Shown here piece after piece: positions 62,893 through 64,000 of a stretch of 64,000 bases of DNA (within the stretch, counting starts at the first letter, position 1; each line of letters starts with the position of its first letter). Source of the DNA: Podarcis filfolensis (taxonomy: Eukaryota); assembly GCA_964270895.1 (NCBI GenBank), contig OZ185435.1, one strand, 5' to 3'. The notes beneath the pieces were generated by a model that made no database searches, was not told where the DNA came from, and saw nothing but the letters and a program-made list of their open reading frames with translations. Both the position numbers and the translations under genes were made by a program.

Positions 62893-63740
62893 TAAGAACA
62901 TAAGAAGAGCCTGTGGCCGATCTAGTCCAGTAGCCTGTTCTCACAGTGGCCAACAAGATGTTTGTGGGAAGCTTGCAAGCAGAAACTGAGCACAAGAGCA
63001 TTCTTGCCTCCTGCAGCTTCCAGTGGTGTAGCTACGGGGGGGGGGGGGGTAGCTGGTTTTTTTGTCCTGGGTGAAGCCTCCAGAGGGGCACCATTGAGGC
63101 TCCCAGCCTGTGTGTGTACACAAATGTGTGTGGGGTGGGTGCCAAACTGGGTCTTTGACCTGGGTGAAATAAAGCCTAGTTTTGCCCCTGTTTCCAACAA
63201 CTGGTCTTCAGAAGCCTAGTGCCTCAGAACATGGAGGCAGAGTATAGCCATCATGGCTGGTAGCCACTGGCAGCCTTGTCCTCCATGTGTTTATCTAATC
63301 GTCTTTTAAAGCCATCCAAATGGGAAGCCATCACTGCCTTGGGTGGGAGCGAGCTCCATAGTTGAACTGTGAACTGTGTGAAGAAGTCCCTTCTTTTGTC
63401 TTGCTCTGAATCTTCAGGCATTCAGCTGCCTTGGATGTCCAAGAGTTCAAGTGTTACGAGACAAAAACTTTTCTCTAAGCCATGTGTAATTTTATAAACT
63501 TCTATCATGCTGCCTCAGACCATAGCTGTCAACTTTTCCCTTTTCTTGCAAGGAGTCCTATTCGGAATAAGGGAATTTCCCTTAAAAAATGGGAAACGTT
63601 GACAGCTATGGTCTGAGGCAGCATGATAGAAGTTTATAAAACTCGCCTTTTCTCTAAACTTAAAAGCCCTAAATGCTGCAACCTTTCCCCCCTAAGGGAG
63701 TCACTTGGTCATTTTAGTTGCCTCTTCCTGGACCTTAAAA
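62893..63740 (-). mobile_element. CR1-type LINE fragment interrupted by two insertions (about 63020-63190 and 63521-63610)
   Basis: (ATAAGAAC) tail, CTAGTCCAGTAGCCTGTTCTCACAGTGGCCAAC, continuing as CTCGCCTTTTCTCTAAACT...CTTGGTCATTTTAGTTGCC after the inserts; boundaries approximate. Confidence 0.7.
63521..63610. mobile_element. 90-bp MITE
   Basis: TIR CATAGCTGTCAACTTTTCCC / GGGAAACGTTGACAGCTATG. Confidence 0.8.
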
Positions 63741-64000
63741 TTTCTTCTTTGGTTCATATTAAAATCCAGGCAAGAAAAGAACTTTGGGGCCATAATGACT
63801 GCCTAATATTTGGAAATGAGCACTACAAAGTGCTGAGATTCATATTATGGAGCCAGGATATACGAGTTTGGGCAGCGTTACTGGTGAAGATTGGAATTAG
63901 ATTAGAGCATGCCTATAGGCAATTTCTTTCAGGCTGTGTCCGGCGAAAAACAAAACAATGTAAGCGTCGGAGACATTCCAGTACAAAGCTTTACACATCC

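Noticed and set aside
51006-64000. H19, miR-675 or IGF2 exons downstream of MRPL23
   Set aside because: Nothing recognisable; H19 is known only from therians and IGF2 would lie beyond this window.

Overview
Squamate reptile genomic DNA, probably a lacertid lizard judging by its Sauria-type and Squam3-like SINEs. Two protein-coding genes lie on the + strand. TNNT3 (fast skeletal troponin T) has its coding exons from 5860 to 36707 and AATAAA at 37016; its non-coding exon 1 could not be fixed. MRPL23 has 5 exons from 40113 to 50401, encodes 153 aa and starts in a CpG island. This TNNT3-MRPL23 order matches the vertebrate block that in mammals continues to H19/IGF2. The rest is intron and intergenic DNA rich in CR1 and L2 LINE fragments, SINEs, hAT and Tc1/pogo-type MITEs and microsatellites. 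The most notable structure is the TNNT3 N-terminal microexon array. It contains two EEAQEE exons, three paralogous 12-nt His-bearing VHEP exons with conserved flanks (HxxxH spacing, reminiscent of the avian Tx segment), a 12-nt EVQE exon, decayed copies, and a 27-nt candidate fetal-exon equivalent containing Cys. All exons are predicted from splice signals, phase and remembered homologue sequences; none is confirmed by transcript data.
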